A DNA stretch of 64,000 nt from Phoronis australis (Eukaryota > Animalia > Phoronida): positions 27,300 through 91,299 of the forward strand of contig NMRA01000946.1 in the NCBI GenBank assembly GCA_002633005.1. Direction: 5' to 3'. Numbering within the stretch: the stretch's first letter is position 1; the number at the start of each line of letters is the position of its first letter. The notes under the pieces are model-generated. The model was not told where the DNA came from, ran no database searches, and saw only the letters and a program-made list of their open reading frames with translations. Shown one piece after another: positions 1 through 13,630 of this stretch. A program made the position numbers and the translations under genes.

Positions 1-332
1 TCAGTAATTTATTTTAGTTTCTTGGCATCTGTTGGGATCGAAATTCTTACTCATCAATTGATATTTCAAGAGGCTTGCTTTTTGTAAGGCTTTATTACAC
101 CCCACCGCACAGTAACGGCAATTTTCCGGCTTTGTAATAACAGGAAAGGTGTTAAAACGCTGTCTATACCAGACGTTTGAAACCTCCCGTTCGCATTACA
201 CGGGATCTGTAGGTGGCGCTGAACGTCTGTCCATCAAGCTCGTGATCACCGTCTGGCATGTTAGTGAATTTCATTAGGGCGCGTCTATACCCATATACTT
301 GTCAAAATAATGCACTGTCGTTGTGTGTTCAG

Positions 333-3300
333 GGTACAGAAGATAGGGTCTGGTAGTGACTTTCGAGCATTCGTTCAACTCGGAGGTATCCCTTCTTGTG
401 GTATAAGATACACATTCGATCGGGCAAGTATGGTTTATAATTACAGTTGCAAAGTGGTTCATACCCACGCCTGTTATAATAGTCTTGTTAACACTAATTA
501 CGTGAACGCCATACTCACGTTGGAGATTCTACATATACGGGATTCTCGAAATCCAACGGAAAGCTTTGATAAGTCTGTGTTTTAGGTACGAGCACGAAAA
601 GTATTCCAAGTTCTGAACATTTTGTAAAATCCCTAATGCTTAAGGAAGTTGATAAATTTCAGACTATTCATAGAACGTTTGAGGAAATTAATAAATTGCA
701 GGCGGTCTCTCTAACGACTCATTTCGTATTTACAGAGGCTGAAATTGTCATCCTATCCCCTCTACCATTCGGTTTATGAAACTTTTCATTTAGTTGACCA
801 AATTATGGACAAAGATTACAAGGTAAAGTATTCAGTGTAACGAAACACTAGTTTTGATATAACAGTTGCATTTCAGATTGTTACCACCCTCAGGGTACTC
901 AAGTTTTCTAGAGCTACGTAAGATGACTTAGTTGTTCATTAATGAATTTCATGCAAGTTATAACCAGCGATAGTATCTACGCTCGAGTGTGCTTCAAGCT
1001 AAACAATCTTCTGAGCAACGCCGCTTTTAAGAAAACAAGATATCATCATGTCGGTTTCGCTAAAGCTTCACACACTGCCTAGTGCATACACTGGCACACA
1101 CACTCACACACGCACACACGTGCACGCGCGCAAGCATGCACACACATAGGCACACGCACACACACACATGCGCAGGCACGCACGCAGGCATCCACTCGGA
1201 CCCATATGAAGACCATTACATAGAAACTTCATAGTCGTCTCCCACTGACTGTGTAAAACGAGCGTTTTTGGTCTTTTTAGAGTGAACCCCACAAAAACCC
1301 AAGCCTCACTTTTTCATTGCAATATCTTGCCAATAGAATATTTTTAGAACGAAGGGCTTCAGGACAGTACCTATTTCAAGTCGTCGGCTTTCTATACAGT
1401 GGTTTTCATACCGGCCCGTTTTAAAAGTCCTATTCCAATTGACCCATTAAGAAAAACGGACCGGCATGAAGACCATTATACTGTATAGTGACCAGGACTA
1501 TCATTCCTATATTATGGTCTTCCAGAAAGATGATATGACCTTGAAATTCAGCAAATATTTATCGCCAGTTATTTTAAATGCATTTAAAAAACCTTAAACA
1601 AAAGATTAACAATCGCCGATGTTGTCATGTGATGAGTTTGTTATCTTTAATCGTATTTGACTGTCTTTTACATTTTTAGTACTTGACAGCGGTAACTCGG
1701 GTTTGGGGCGAAATAGCTCGATCATTAGCGGACGAACTGTTATTACCTTTCGATGTAAAACACTACAGTGAGGCCCTTCAAGATTTCACCGACAATTTCC
1801 TGGACAGTTACGAGGATAAAATGAAACAAAATGGACTGCAACGTGGATTAGGTAAGAGTGAAAAAACACAAAAGTACTTAACAACGTCCCATGGGTGAAA
1901 ACTTGACATGCTCGTAAACCACTAACATAAATTTTCAGAAATGGACCACTGAGTTTCCATAGAGTTGGGAAAATTAATCCAAACAATTCCCTTTCAAAAA
2001 CGATGCGTTTGGATCATCATTTTCATTAGGTTCTTCAACTTTTCTGCCATGGTTACATCTTGTAAAGTGCGCATGCGTCATCTTACTCCATTATTTAAAC
2101 ACCTTGAAAGCAAGCAGTGGAAATTGCTGAACATGCAGGGTTTATAATTTGCATAAAACTATTTGTCACATGGGGACATTTTGTTGAACACCGACGTATG
2201 CACAATTCATGTACATGTATTTATAAAAATACCGAATTTTAATGATTATTCCTAGATATTTCCATTGAAACTTTGTTTTGATTTATACTTCATAGATTTC
2301 TTGCGAGAAGCTGTCGCTGATTTTGGCAAGGCCTGTCAAGATTTTTCGGACAGATTGAACGCGGTGAACAAAAAGGAGTAAGTTAAGTCGTTGCTCAGTT
2401 TAACTACAACTACAAAAATTGCCTTATCCAAAACAGAAGGTAACTGCTCTCCCTTTGTCCAGTTGAACTACTCCAACACTTATTGACCTTTAGGAGATGT
2501 CACTAGCAACACGACTTGTCATTATTAATATTTGTGCATAAAAATTGCTGACTCACACAAGATTGACAGTTTTAAGCCCATTAAATCTCAGAAAGAGTAT
2601 TCCTAAAATCAAGTTCAAGCTTCAGTCCAAGGAAGAGTCTTTCGAGAATAACGTTGTACGAGTTTGAAAACAGTGTGTCTTGTTTTTTCAGCCCAATGGC
2701 AGTTCGAATGATGAATGACCAGATGATGCAACTGGAGCGAGCCTTTATCGACCCCAATGGTTTACCTGGCCAGAAAGGTAACAGGTAATAGACCGCCATT
2801 TAGAAACAATTAGCAGTACTTTTTACGCCTATCTTCGTTGTCTCTGTATGCTCCTTATAAAGATCGACTGCTACAGCTGTTCGATTTCCTTTTCGTTGCA
2901 TATATATGCGGCAACTTTCGGCTTCTATTATGAATAATTGACACCGAACAAGCTCTCGTCCCTCATGACTGCTGAAGAACTTCAGACCACATTATATGCT
3001 AGGATGAACGCTACGAACGATAACGTTGGACCTTAGTAAAACTCCCAAAATCGATTGTCCGAAACACTGCTAGGAATTGTTTTCAAAATCTTACACTTTT
3101 ACACAATGGATTATGAAAATATAATTTTTTATTTAAAAAATCAAAAGTTGTATATAACGAAAAAGAAATGACGATTTGGGAAACTGTAACATTTATATCA
3201 AGTCGGCCGCCATCTATCGAAGTCGCCAGAGACCCGGATGTGCTTATTCACTTTCAACAAAAATTCACAACAGCAAATAGTATTGTTTGAAAGAGGAATA

Positions 3301-3749
3301 AACAACACTTATGATGGCATACCACAATGTTCAGTGAAGTGACAAGTAACCATAATTTTGATAACTGAACGTGGATTTCCGAACTATTTTGAGAGGTTAA
3401 AGTACTGTGCGGTGGGGCCAAGTTTTGAAAATTCGCCTCAGTATATAAATTTGCTATTCAGGCTTTAACCGTTTCATTCGGATCTACCTTCACTTCTCGT
3501 TTCTCTTACAGACACGTTCTTATGGCCCCAAGTTCGCACAATAGCTATTCCGGATCGGGATTTCCTGGGCTGAAAGATCTTATGTATAAGATAGGAACTT
3601 CAGGCAACGCCACAGCTCAGTGGGAGAAAGTCAAGCGCTACCTCTCGGTCGTTATATATACTATCGACTCAGCGGCTTCCACTTTGCAGGACGTCTCAAA
3701 TATACATAAACACACATCGGGTGCTCCAAAGAACGTACCGCTTTCTTAA
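333..3749 (+). CDS. Glutamate carboxypeptidase II / NAALADase-like (FOLH1/NAALAD2 family, peptidase M28B), paralog A, 3' part only (5' exons lie upstream of the window)
   Basis: Six in-phase exons: 333-423, 736-822, 1680-1851, 2296-2377, 2692-2784, 3512-3749. They encode GSGSDF...[47 protein letters not shown] and [19 protein letters not shown], all hallmark GCPII motifs. Splice sites are AG/GT except one GC donor. Confidence 0.95.
1080..1190. repeat. (CA)/(CACG) microsatellite
   Basis: Directly visible. Confidence 0.85.
1392..1490. repeat. Inverted repeat in a paralog A intron
   Basis: CTATACAGT..GGTTTTCATACCGGCCCGTTTT pairs with AAAACGGACCGGCATGAAGACC..ACTGTATAG. Confidence 0.55.
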
Positions 3750-3835
3750 TTTTCAATATATCCACTGTTAATTGACCAATAGAAGGAATTTGTTTAAAAC
3801 TTGTAACAGTGACACATGTTCAGCACAGTTGTTTT

Positions 3836-3841
3836 AATAAA
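3836..3841 (+). terminator. Putative polyadenylation signal, paralog A
   Basis: AATAAA 87 nt after the stop codon. Confidence 0.5.
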
Positions 3842-4339
3842 TGTTAGATGTACATTATAAATCACTTAGTACTTTTCAGGCACACATGTCCATGAGTACA
3901 AACATGCTTTGCACTTTGGAAAGTAAAGTCGGAATTGGAGGGCTGGTTGATTTAGTTATATTTACTTCAGACAAAAAGCGCGCCAAACCTAATCTATCAT
4001 ATTAGTTTGTTTTCATCAGGAAACTAGTGTGAGGTTATTATAAATACAAATAAATCGTCATTTTATCTCATTTAACTTAAGTGATAGTTGTAAGAACAAG
4101 CACACCATCCCATTCATTCCAAAAAAAATTTTATGACAACAAAGTCGACATACGTTAGCTTTCTCAGTAGAGTCAATAGAAGGTGAGTCAATATGGAAGA
4201 GATGATGTATTTTATTGTAAAATGATGAAAAGTTACAATTTTAATCTGTAATGTATCAAGATGATGAAACTTTGGTATCCAATTGGATCATACTACAGCT
4301 GTTAGTAAACTGAAATGATTTTGAAAATCATTTTACCAC

Positions 4340-4495
4340 CAGATAATGGAGGTTGAGTTTATAGCTGCGTTTTGTCCTGTTCAGTTCGCTAAAATGAAAA
4401 ATCAAACACTAGGACCTATCAGTCCTAGTTCGATTTTCAATTTTAAGCAATGGAAAAGTGCAAAATCCAGCATGAAGCAACACTTTAGTTGATCT
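4340..4495. mobile_element. Degenerate palindromic MITE
   Basis: AAAATGAAAAATC..ACTAGGAC-loop-GTCCTAGT..GATTTTCAATTTT. Confidence 0.55.
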
Positions 4496-5633
4496 AATTT
4501 CTTTGTTCCACATTTCTTAATGTTGGTTTGATAGTTGTTGACGTTATTTTTTCTGTTCCTATGTCAAAGGGATTTTCCCGGAGTACGTTGAGCACTTGTC
4601 CAAGGCCAGCTAAAAGATGATCACATCTTTTGACTTGACTGCCTCCTATGTCACAAGATTCTACTTGAATGCAAAACATAACAAGGGAGTTGGGGAAGAA
4701 ACATGGTCAATATCTTGTACAAAATCCAGTTTTGCCTTGGTGAAACAACGAGAAGACTCTTTTATAATAATATGTACAGTTCCAGAATCTGTGTGAAGAC
4801 TTAGGTGAAAGCTATGCATTGGATGACACAGCCAAGAGCTTGAGCCTAGAAATCCTTTCAGACACTTTTGTAACTGTACATTTTGCAATTGTTGTTGTCG
4901 ATACATTTATGTCACTGATCAATGCCTTTTTGTGTGTGCTCAATAGAAGAGGCTTTGTCGTTTATGATCTTACCTACCAGTAGGTGTTCAGGTTTCGATC
5001 CTGAACCACTTTGGCATCAACTACATGTACTTTTCATGACTAAATTTTAGTCATGTTCAGGTCGTAAGAGAAGGTTCACCCTACCAGACCTACAGCTGGT
5101 CATTTTCAAACCCCTGACTTGAGCTCCTGTATCCAAAATATTACTTTATATGTGAGAAATTAGGCTCATGTCCCCATATGTAAAGCTCCGCCTACATCTG
5201 GAATTAACCACATGCGCAGTTTTGCAAAGAAAGAATAGGCAACGGATAGTCACCTGAAACTGAAGTACTGTCATATTCAATTAAACACAACACAGTTCAG
5301 TGATTGTTTCGTTGATTAAACACATTCTTTAGGCTATAGGGCCGTGAACATAAAACGCTCTTATAGGTTACTGATGTAATGAAACAAACCGATATTCCTT
5401 ATTTCGTTTCAATAAGAAATTACAGGAATTTATTTATTAAAAACTGAGTTGTTCTAGTTAGGGTTAATTTTATGCTGTTCCTGAATTAGGAGTCTCTTGT
5501 TCCAGAGTTTACAACACGATTTACAAAAAATGTTTACAAAAATAATTGCTACTTGAGGACAATTTCAACAGCACTTGCCGAAAATGTGTCCACAATTAAA
5601 TCAGATAAGAGCACTTTGACATCCCACGCAGTG

Positions 5634-5726
5634 CTACTAATAATAATAATAAATATAATAATAGTAACAGTAACAGAAACAATAATAGTAATGATAATGA
5701 TAATGGTGATAATAATAATGATGATG

Positions 5727-5763
<37 letters not shown>

Positions 5764-5900
5764 TAACAATACAAACTTTATTTATAGAGTATAAAATATA
5801 ATAGATTTATAGCTTTAGTCAAAGGCTAATATTCAGCATGGTCCTCTCCCACCAATAAATTAAATTAAATTAAATTAAATTAAATTAAATTAAATAAATA
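5634..5900. repeat. (TAA)n/(TGA)n microsatellite followed by (TAAAT)n
   Basis: Directly visible. Confidence 0.9.
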
Positions 5901-8900
5901 TTTTACAATTTAAATTTACAAATTGAATTTAAATAAATCAAAGCTTTTATATGGTACATACAATGAAATGACTGAAAACGAAGGGAGGGACAGCTATGGT
6001 GACCACAGCCACAGGTAACTGATGAGTTTGTGTCTGACGTCATGACCATCAGCCTCCTTTTAAACGTTATCTGTTTCAGATTCCGTGGGATGACTCGCTT
6101 TTAATTCTGTTAACCAGACCATGGAGAACAAATCGTGTACTGACGAAGCAGGTTACGTCTGTGAACTTGTTTGAAGTAAAAATAAAGGCGCGAGTTCATT
6201 AGTGGTGGATCTCTAAGTAACATAGAGGACAGTCAAGCTGAACTTTTTTCTCAACTACAACGTAATCAGTGAAGAAAATTAAAGATATATTGAATTCAAT
6301 TGTACATTATTTTAATAGTTGTTGGAACGATTGATCCTATTTGATTTTACATTGTATTCAGCAATAGAGTCTTTTGGAAGATAGGCCTAGGATTAATATC
6401 ACTGAACTAACATGTGTAACATTCAATTCACTCTTTCCGTTAGTTCAACAGGTATATTTTGTTGCAATACAGTTGAGTTCAAGTGCTTTGTTGATATCAC
6501 TCTCAAACTAGTTTTGTGAACATTTGCTGCTGAATTCGTCCAGTGATCTAGTAAAACTTGCTTTATTTTTCAGTATTACTGAATAACTGGATAGTGCATT
6601 TCGCTAGGTGAACAGCCGTTTTTCCCCACAGCCGTTGAATTACTCAAACTTAGGGAGTATAGGCTGTAAACAGTTTTAAAGAACTTTTAGCAGTTTTAAA
6701 GAACTTTTAAAGTTATTTTAAAACTCTCAATGACGCTTTAAAACGCGTCATTAGGACTACTTTACATCCACAAAATCAACAAGTGGCTTCTACTACTTGC
6801 CGTTATGAAATTGATCTTAAAATCTCCCTTAACCAAACTGGATTTGACTTAGAGAGCTTCGAAAGAACACTGTCAGTTTGTTCTTGTTTGAGACTGGACG
6901 GCAAACTGGCTTGTCGCGGAATGTCATTTATAATATGGACCGACAACGAACAGTCAGTTCTTCGCAAACCTGGACCCACTCCTTATCTGAGTAAGAAGCA
7001 ATTTGATAACAATATTACGACAACTAGAGGCTTAAATCAAAAGGTCGCCTCGGTCGACAAAGCCCGGGCTCATACCAAACTCGCTTTAAATAGGAAAACG
7101 AGACATTGCACTAGTGTAGAGGTGTTTTATTGACAACTTCATCAAACATTTTAATCAATTAAAACTGATTTGCTTTGAATGCAAGCAAACGTTCAGATGC
7201 CGAAATGTATGTTGTACACACTGGTAAAACAAGCTGAACAGACAAATATTAAAGCAAGTGGTACGGTTGAGAAATGATCTGAAAGTATAATACGCCCAGA
7301 TTTCTCCACGTAGACCAAGGTTTTGAGTTTTGCCAAATAGGCGATCAAGATTCAAATTAAACCATATGTTTGTATGTTATACCGAAACGAATCATTTTCT
7401 TTGTTCGGGTTCAAAAATTTACGAAACCTTGTGCCCTTGCATTCTTTTAAAAATACCTGCACGTCAAAAATTTACGGGCAACCTGATTAAATTTTTCACG
7501 ATTGTGATCTGCGGATGCGGATCAAAGAACATGTAATTGGAATTTAAGTCATCTTAATCGCCAAAATCGGGTCTACCAATTTAAAAAGTCGGTAACACGT
7601 TAAATGTGTTTGTAAGCTACTGAATTGCGCAACTGATAAAAAAAAATTGCCGTCAGCGGAAAGATTCACTTGTGGCTATTCTCACGTGTTTACATATTTC
7701 AGTGTTAGCCTAATTAACACCATATGCTGTTGAAGGAAACAATGTTGAGAAAACGTTATGAAAAAATGATTGACTTTCACTTCGTAAATTAAGGTGATGG
7801 ATGATCATAAAAAGTGTCCAAATTTGACTTGTATGAAACATCGCATCTGAGAAATGGCAAATGAGATTGAAATGAGACTTTCAGATACTTGCACTATTCT
7901 CCAAAACCATGACGCATCAGTTATTAAGTGAATCACTTTTGCAAGAGGGGTTACAGCAAAAGTTGTTTAAAACGAAAAGGAAACAATAATTTAGAAAAGA
8001 AAAATTATAGTTCTTAAAATGGATTTTCATATGAAATGAAATCTAGTCATGCAATTGATGCCGCTGAAAAAGTTTTATAGCATCGTGAGTCATTCAATGG
8101 CAGATTTGTCTAAAGTCAAAGTATAAAATTCTACTGCCTTTCTGTATACAGAAAATATATTAGTTCTGCAGGTTTTTGTCTATATTTGGCTGAAGGTGAA
8201 AACTTGTCGTTGAGGTCCTACATGAACGTGTGCAGTTGTCATTGTCAATTGGTTAACTAAAGCTCTTTGGCATTTTAACATTATCACGCTCATCCGAATT
8301 TTTGCCGAATGATCAGTCAACTCAAGTCAGAAGCGATGCGCACATGCGCTTTTAGAGAATTTAGAACGTTTGTCTATTTTCTGCGTGAACGTGATGAATG
8401 TACTGCGCCTCAGTCTACAGCCTGTACGAATCCACGTTGGGTTTGATAGGGCCACTAAATATTCAATCTTGTCTGGTTCTTTTTCGTATGAGAAATGGTT
8501 TCTATACTTGGAAAGAACTGCCACCTTGTTATTACGTAAGACCTTGACCGGCGAGTAAAATGACAAGCCAGCTTGTAGAGCCCAAGGGAATTTATAAGTG
8601 GTCTAAATCATAAGTATTTTTTGTTACGCAAGGAAGACTTAGTCCAAGCAACTTCAATTTAAATTTCTCCCCTCTGAATGTTGATGCAGTCTGTAGTAGC
8701 CACCCATAGTGTCCTCATAAGGGACCTAGAAATTCTTGGCAGTATAAGGTTTTTTTGATTTTTGAGGTGGCCCCCCTGAAACATTTTAAATAGGTTTTAA
8801 TATGACAACTTTGAGCATGTTTTAAATATGCAAATTAAGACTGCCATTATGGAAAGTTGTGTTTTTGTTTATAATTAATTTGCGCCACTAAAAAGACTTA

Positions 8901-9539
8901 ATTTACGCACGTAATCTTCGTGCAAAACTTTCACCATATGACCAACGTGGGCTATTGTTCGGATCAGGTGTTGGCTGATGGAACTACTTTACACGGCACA
9001 ATTTCATTTGTAGCAAAGATAGTATTTCAAAAGAAGCTCACAGTAGTGGATTTCCCAAAAAAATTATCGGAATGGTTGTACAATTACACACATACTAGAT
9101 GAGGTTGATATTTTTGTTCAATTTTGGTCATTATGAGGCACAACTTATGCTTCAAATTAATAAAACGTATCTGAGGCAAAGTAGTCTATACATGTAATAA
9201 TCGTGTTCATTAAACATTAAAATCCTGTAAACAAATCAATTACTTTCACTACGAACGACTAGAAATAAAGATGCAGACACGTGTTATTTGAAGTAAAATA
9301 AGTCAAGAGCATGCGGTTGCGTATCTACATTTTACATAGACATGGTTTATACAAATATAAATGGTTTGTGATCAAAGTATAATACTGGGTTCCATTTAAG
9401 TGATGATATCCCTTTCGGAGCCCAAGAACCGTACATTGATGTGGTAAGTGTACAGCCGCTGTTGTTAATAACAAAATAGAATATCAACAGAAAGTTCACA
9501 CACTGCTGGATTATCGCAATCTAAGAGAGTGGCAATGTA

Positions 9540-11130
9540 CAGATCCTGTACCCAAACATCTGTATGACCAGTTGTACCCTACGTCCTGTGAAGTGCTTAA
9601 TTAAGCTACATGGTCTAGCTAAGCTTCACATAAGGTGCTCTCGTAAGACCTATAGTCTCGTGTATTGGCAGTATTACTTGCAACGAGGCTAGAGTTTTGA
9701 ATAACATTCTTGCACCATTGGTGGGTTTGTCTCCTCATCACATCCGCAACAGTGAAGACTTCATCGACAGAATCTGTGACGTAAGATGTTATCCTACGAT
9801 GTATCCGCTCTCGCTCTGTTCACTGGTGTTCCCATGGATAAAGCCATCGCGGTTACCAAGTCTCGATTAGAGAACGACGATGATCTCAGTAATCGCACCC
9901 ATCCATCGGTTGATCCTGTCATACAACTCTTGGAGTTTTGTTTGAATACTACTTATTTTGTCTATGGCGGTCAGTTCTACCATCAGATCTGAGAAGCGCC
10001 CATGGTGTCTCCCATCTCACACATCGTCGCCAACATCTTTTTGGAAGATTTCGAGGTTCGTGCTATTGCGACAGCGCCAACTCCTCCATAACAGTGGAGT
10101 CACTACATTGACGACACATCTATAGTCATCCACGAAACTGCTATTGATGAATTTATCGAAAACCTCAACAGTCTAGATCCATCCACCCGATTTACCCGGG
10201 AACTCGAACAAGATGATACTCTCCCCTTCCTCGATACTCTCATTGGACTACACGATGATGCTTCCATCTCCACTTCCGTTTACCGCAAGCTCAGGCACAC
10301 TGATCAGTATTTCAGATTCGCATCGAAGCACCAGCTGTCTCACAAATGATCAGTAGTGCAGACTCTACTCAACAGAGCCGAGAAACTTATTTCTCATGAC
10401 AACGAACGGGAAGCTGAGGTTCTTCAAGTGAAAAGAGCATTGCGTGCCAACGGATATCGTGACTGGATGTTCGATGAACGTAACGCGGAACTACCACGGC
10501 AGAGTGACCCCCTGATCCTCCGATCATTAACTTCCCTGTGTGCATTCCCTATGTTAGAGGCGTCTCCAAAAGGATTCAGACTATCTACCGTAAACACAAC
10601 GTCAAGTGATTTCACAAACCGTTCAACACTATTCGGTCCATCTTCTCGTCAGTGTCACCCCCCTCGAGAGGTGTGATGTGATCTACAAATACAAGTGAAG
10701 TGAGTGCACTGACAACTATATTGGTGAGACGGGTCGCCAGTTATCGACCAAGGTTAAGGATCATCGTAACCCCAACCTTAGTCGTATCACTGCTGTCAAA
10801 GAGGCATGCCAGAGATCTCTCGCGAGATTTCTGATGAGGTCTTCAATATGTTTTAATAGACTTAAAAGAAGTGGAAGCGCAGGGTACGAGAAGCAAGTCC
10901 ACATACCTAGTCTTAACAGAGATCCTGGACTTGATCTACACGCAGTGTATTCAGATCTATTACAGGATCCCCCCCACATTAGGGCATCAGGGGTACTGTT
11001 TTCATCGGTTTATTCTACAACGGCAGAGGGCAAACACGGTGGTGAATCAAGTCCGTGAGATATGGACGAAACAGCAGTACACTAACCACATCAAGACACG
11101 ATTCTTTTGGTTCCAAAAGGGATCTTAACT
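9540..11130 (+). mobile_element. Decayed Penelope-like retroelement (RT + GIY-YIG endonuclease)
   Basis: RPIVS, SYDVSAL.LFT.VP, LLEFCLNTTYF.Y.GQFY.Q, PM.SPIS..VANIFLEDFE, YIDD (about 10104), LPFLD, VYRK..HTDQY, then VIYKY..C...YIGETGRQLSTKVKDH and PSLNRDPG. Many stops and frameshifts. Confidence 0.9.
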
Positions 11131-12305
11131 CAGTATTTTTATAAATGTTTTGAACATATATTGCACCTTGGTTTTGTTTGATATTGACAAAAGGTGAATC
11201 CAGTGCACTGTTTACACTGTTTTGGCGTCGGACTTGTTGCGGTCGGTAATTACTCAAAATTTCTCCACACGTTTTTTCCCACGTCACGGAAGCTAAAACG
11301 TCGATCAAGAATCAACAGAAGCTTACAATTGATTTTTGCTTAAATTTGCCTACTGAACTTGTAGCCATGTGACGGCATGCAGGCGACGATTCTGCATGTA
11401 GCCACTTGGGTCAAGCGGACACTGAACAGCTGTGCCTGTCACTGGCACCCGTACATGTACTCATTCCAGTACATCGCCATTGACGCCATTCTAACCACTT
11501 TCAGCCTTTCTCAAAATGTATGCACGACCCACATTCCTATCCCAGAACGAGGCTAGTACTGTTCAGTCAAAGACGCTCTCTACGGTCTCTGGTTCAGTCT
11601 ACATGAAGTTGTCTGTTCTCAGAGAATCTCTGTTTAAACAGTGACACACTGCTGTGTCGCTTGATGCACAAGTAACCAAAGAAGAAACAAAGTATTGTCA
11701 TTTATCCCACGCGCGTTGAATCTGTCGAGGGATATACGGCCATGAAATAAAGTTTTCCGTATTCACCTCCCGCACTACTTTAACAGCGACCTCTGACATG
11801 GAAAGTTCAAAAGGTAGGTCAATGTCGACTCCACGTCCTCTGAGCCGGTTCGATCAACAAACTTTCCGAATATAGATTAAAGTAATACAGTTGCAACAGT
11901 GTAACTAACACTCGACATGCAACCAGGCCCTAAACGTGAAATCTGGTACAAAACTGTTAATTATAAGACACTTATGTCTCAGTTTTCAATTGCTGAATTG
12001 TATATCGTCTGCAACTCGGGCGCCGATTCCTAGGAAATTGAAATATCAAATATTGTTGTTTTTTTAAACTATTTCCAGGAGATGTTACAAGTTCACTGTT
12101 CAGTTGCCGCTGTTTTCATCTTTGCTACCTCTTTTCAAGAAATAAATCGTGACTTCTAAAACTGTTTCTTTCACAAGAGAAAACTTGAAACCTAACTCGC
12201 AAGTACATACATATAGGATGTGATCCGCCATGTGAACAGTCTGGATGAAGTATTTGAAAAGTCGGCCGCAAAAATGCAAGAAACTTAGGGATTCGAAGCG
12301 CATGG

Positions 12306-12469
12306 GATAAATACAAAACGTAGCTCGATTGGCGTACATGAAGTAATATCCCACTCGACCTTATTCCGCGTATCGACCTCGTCCATCGCTCTCGGTTTAT
12401 ACGCGGAATAATGTCTCTTGGGATATTACTTCATGTACGCCGCTCTCGGTACGTTTTGTGTATTTCATC
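12306..12469. mobile_element. Palindromic (hairpin) MITE
   Basis: GGCGTACATGAAGTAATATCCCA..TTATTCCGCGTAT pairs with ATACGCGGAATAA..TGGGATATTACTTCATGTACGCC; outer arms TACAAAACGTA / TACGTTTTGT. Confidence 0.85.
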
Positions 12470-12600
12470 AATTTCATACTAACAAAGAATTAGTAAGACA
12501 GTGGCTAGTGAAGATTCGTAGATACGAAACACCAAGTTTGCAAATAAATTATTACACTCTTAATGTCAGCTGTATTCGACTCCAATTTATCACCAGGGGC
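12464..12600 (+). pseudogene. THAP zinc-finger remnant (transposon-derived)
   Basis: FHQF..NKELVRQWLVKIRR.E.PSLQIN, resembling the THAP FH.FP.D..LR..W...I.R pattern. Confidence 0.55.
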
Positions 12601-13299
12601 CGTGATGCCTGAATATATTACCAGCAATACGTAAACTAGGTCATCCACCAGGTTCTCTGCATAAACTAGGTCATCGCTTATGGACCAGCTAGCGCTTCAC
12701 ACTCCGAGTGCGTGTCTACTTGAGAGAAGCACCAGGAAGGTTGTTCTACAATTTGTAGCCCAAAATTACCAAAGTTCAAATATATTCCGTTAAAAAGGAA
12801 AGACAAAACATTTTATTACAGATATCTGGCCAATACCAACAGTCACCCCTCGTAAGCAAGTCAAAGCTGTCCTTTTTACTCGTTGCCTTATCTCGCACTA
12901 CCTCAATCGACTAGTTTTTCGCAATGCAACACAATTCTCATAAAATGAACTTGTAATGACTCCTTTCAACTTTAAACCATGCCCGAAGTACTAGGATACA
13001 AATTATTATTAGATACAAAGACGTTTTTTTTCTCTGAAGTGGATCGTAAACAGCTCAGGTGAGTTTTCCTGACATAGCTACTTTGGTTTCAGTGCCTATA
13101 TATTAGCTACCATAGGCCGGTCAAGGGCCAATCTCTGCTGTACGCACTACTAAGAGCATTGGAATCAAACTCTTATATATAAAGCAAACGTTTATTAGTA
13201 TACTGGTGTGAATATTATCAGGCCGATTTAACCAAAATCTTCGAATTAACTAGACCCACTGATGATAGTCTATGATAAAATAAACTGATATCAATAGGC

Positions 13300-13630
13300 T
13301 AAAATTGGCAATTTTCGGCCACCCCATGTTAAATACAAAATTTTGTCTAATTTTCTTCAAACTCCTACATTTCAATCCTGATTATACTGATATCTGTTGG
13401 GTCTATCGGCAACTAACCGCTCATGAAAGGCTTGGTCGAAAATTATCGTTTTCTCACATGCACTTTCGGGTTTTCAGCGGCGATTCCATTGATCGAAGCG
13501 ACAAAATAAGCCGAAACTTTGGCCATACCATGTTAAACAATAATTTTTTTCCAATTTTGCTGAAACTTGGCCACGTTTTTAATAAAATACTTATCTATGT
13601 TATGTGCTATCGGCAAATGTGATTGGTTCA
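13300..13630. repeat. Degenerate direct repeat (about 205-bp period)
   Basis: GGCCA..CCATGTTAAA...AATTTT...CTATCGGCAA occurs twice. Confidence 0.55.

Noticed and set aside
4494-4970. Coding-like minus-strand fragments, possibly transposase debris
   Set aside because: No diagnostic motif I can identify; needs a translated homology search.
5553-5801. ORF with a poly-Ile 'transmembrane' stretch
   Set aside because: Translation of a (TAA)n microsatellite.
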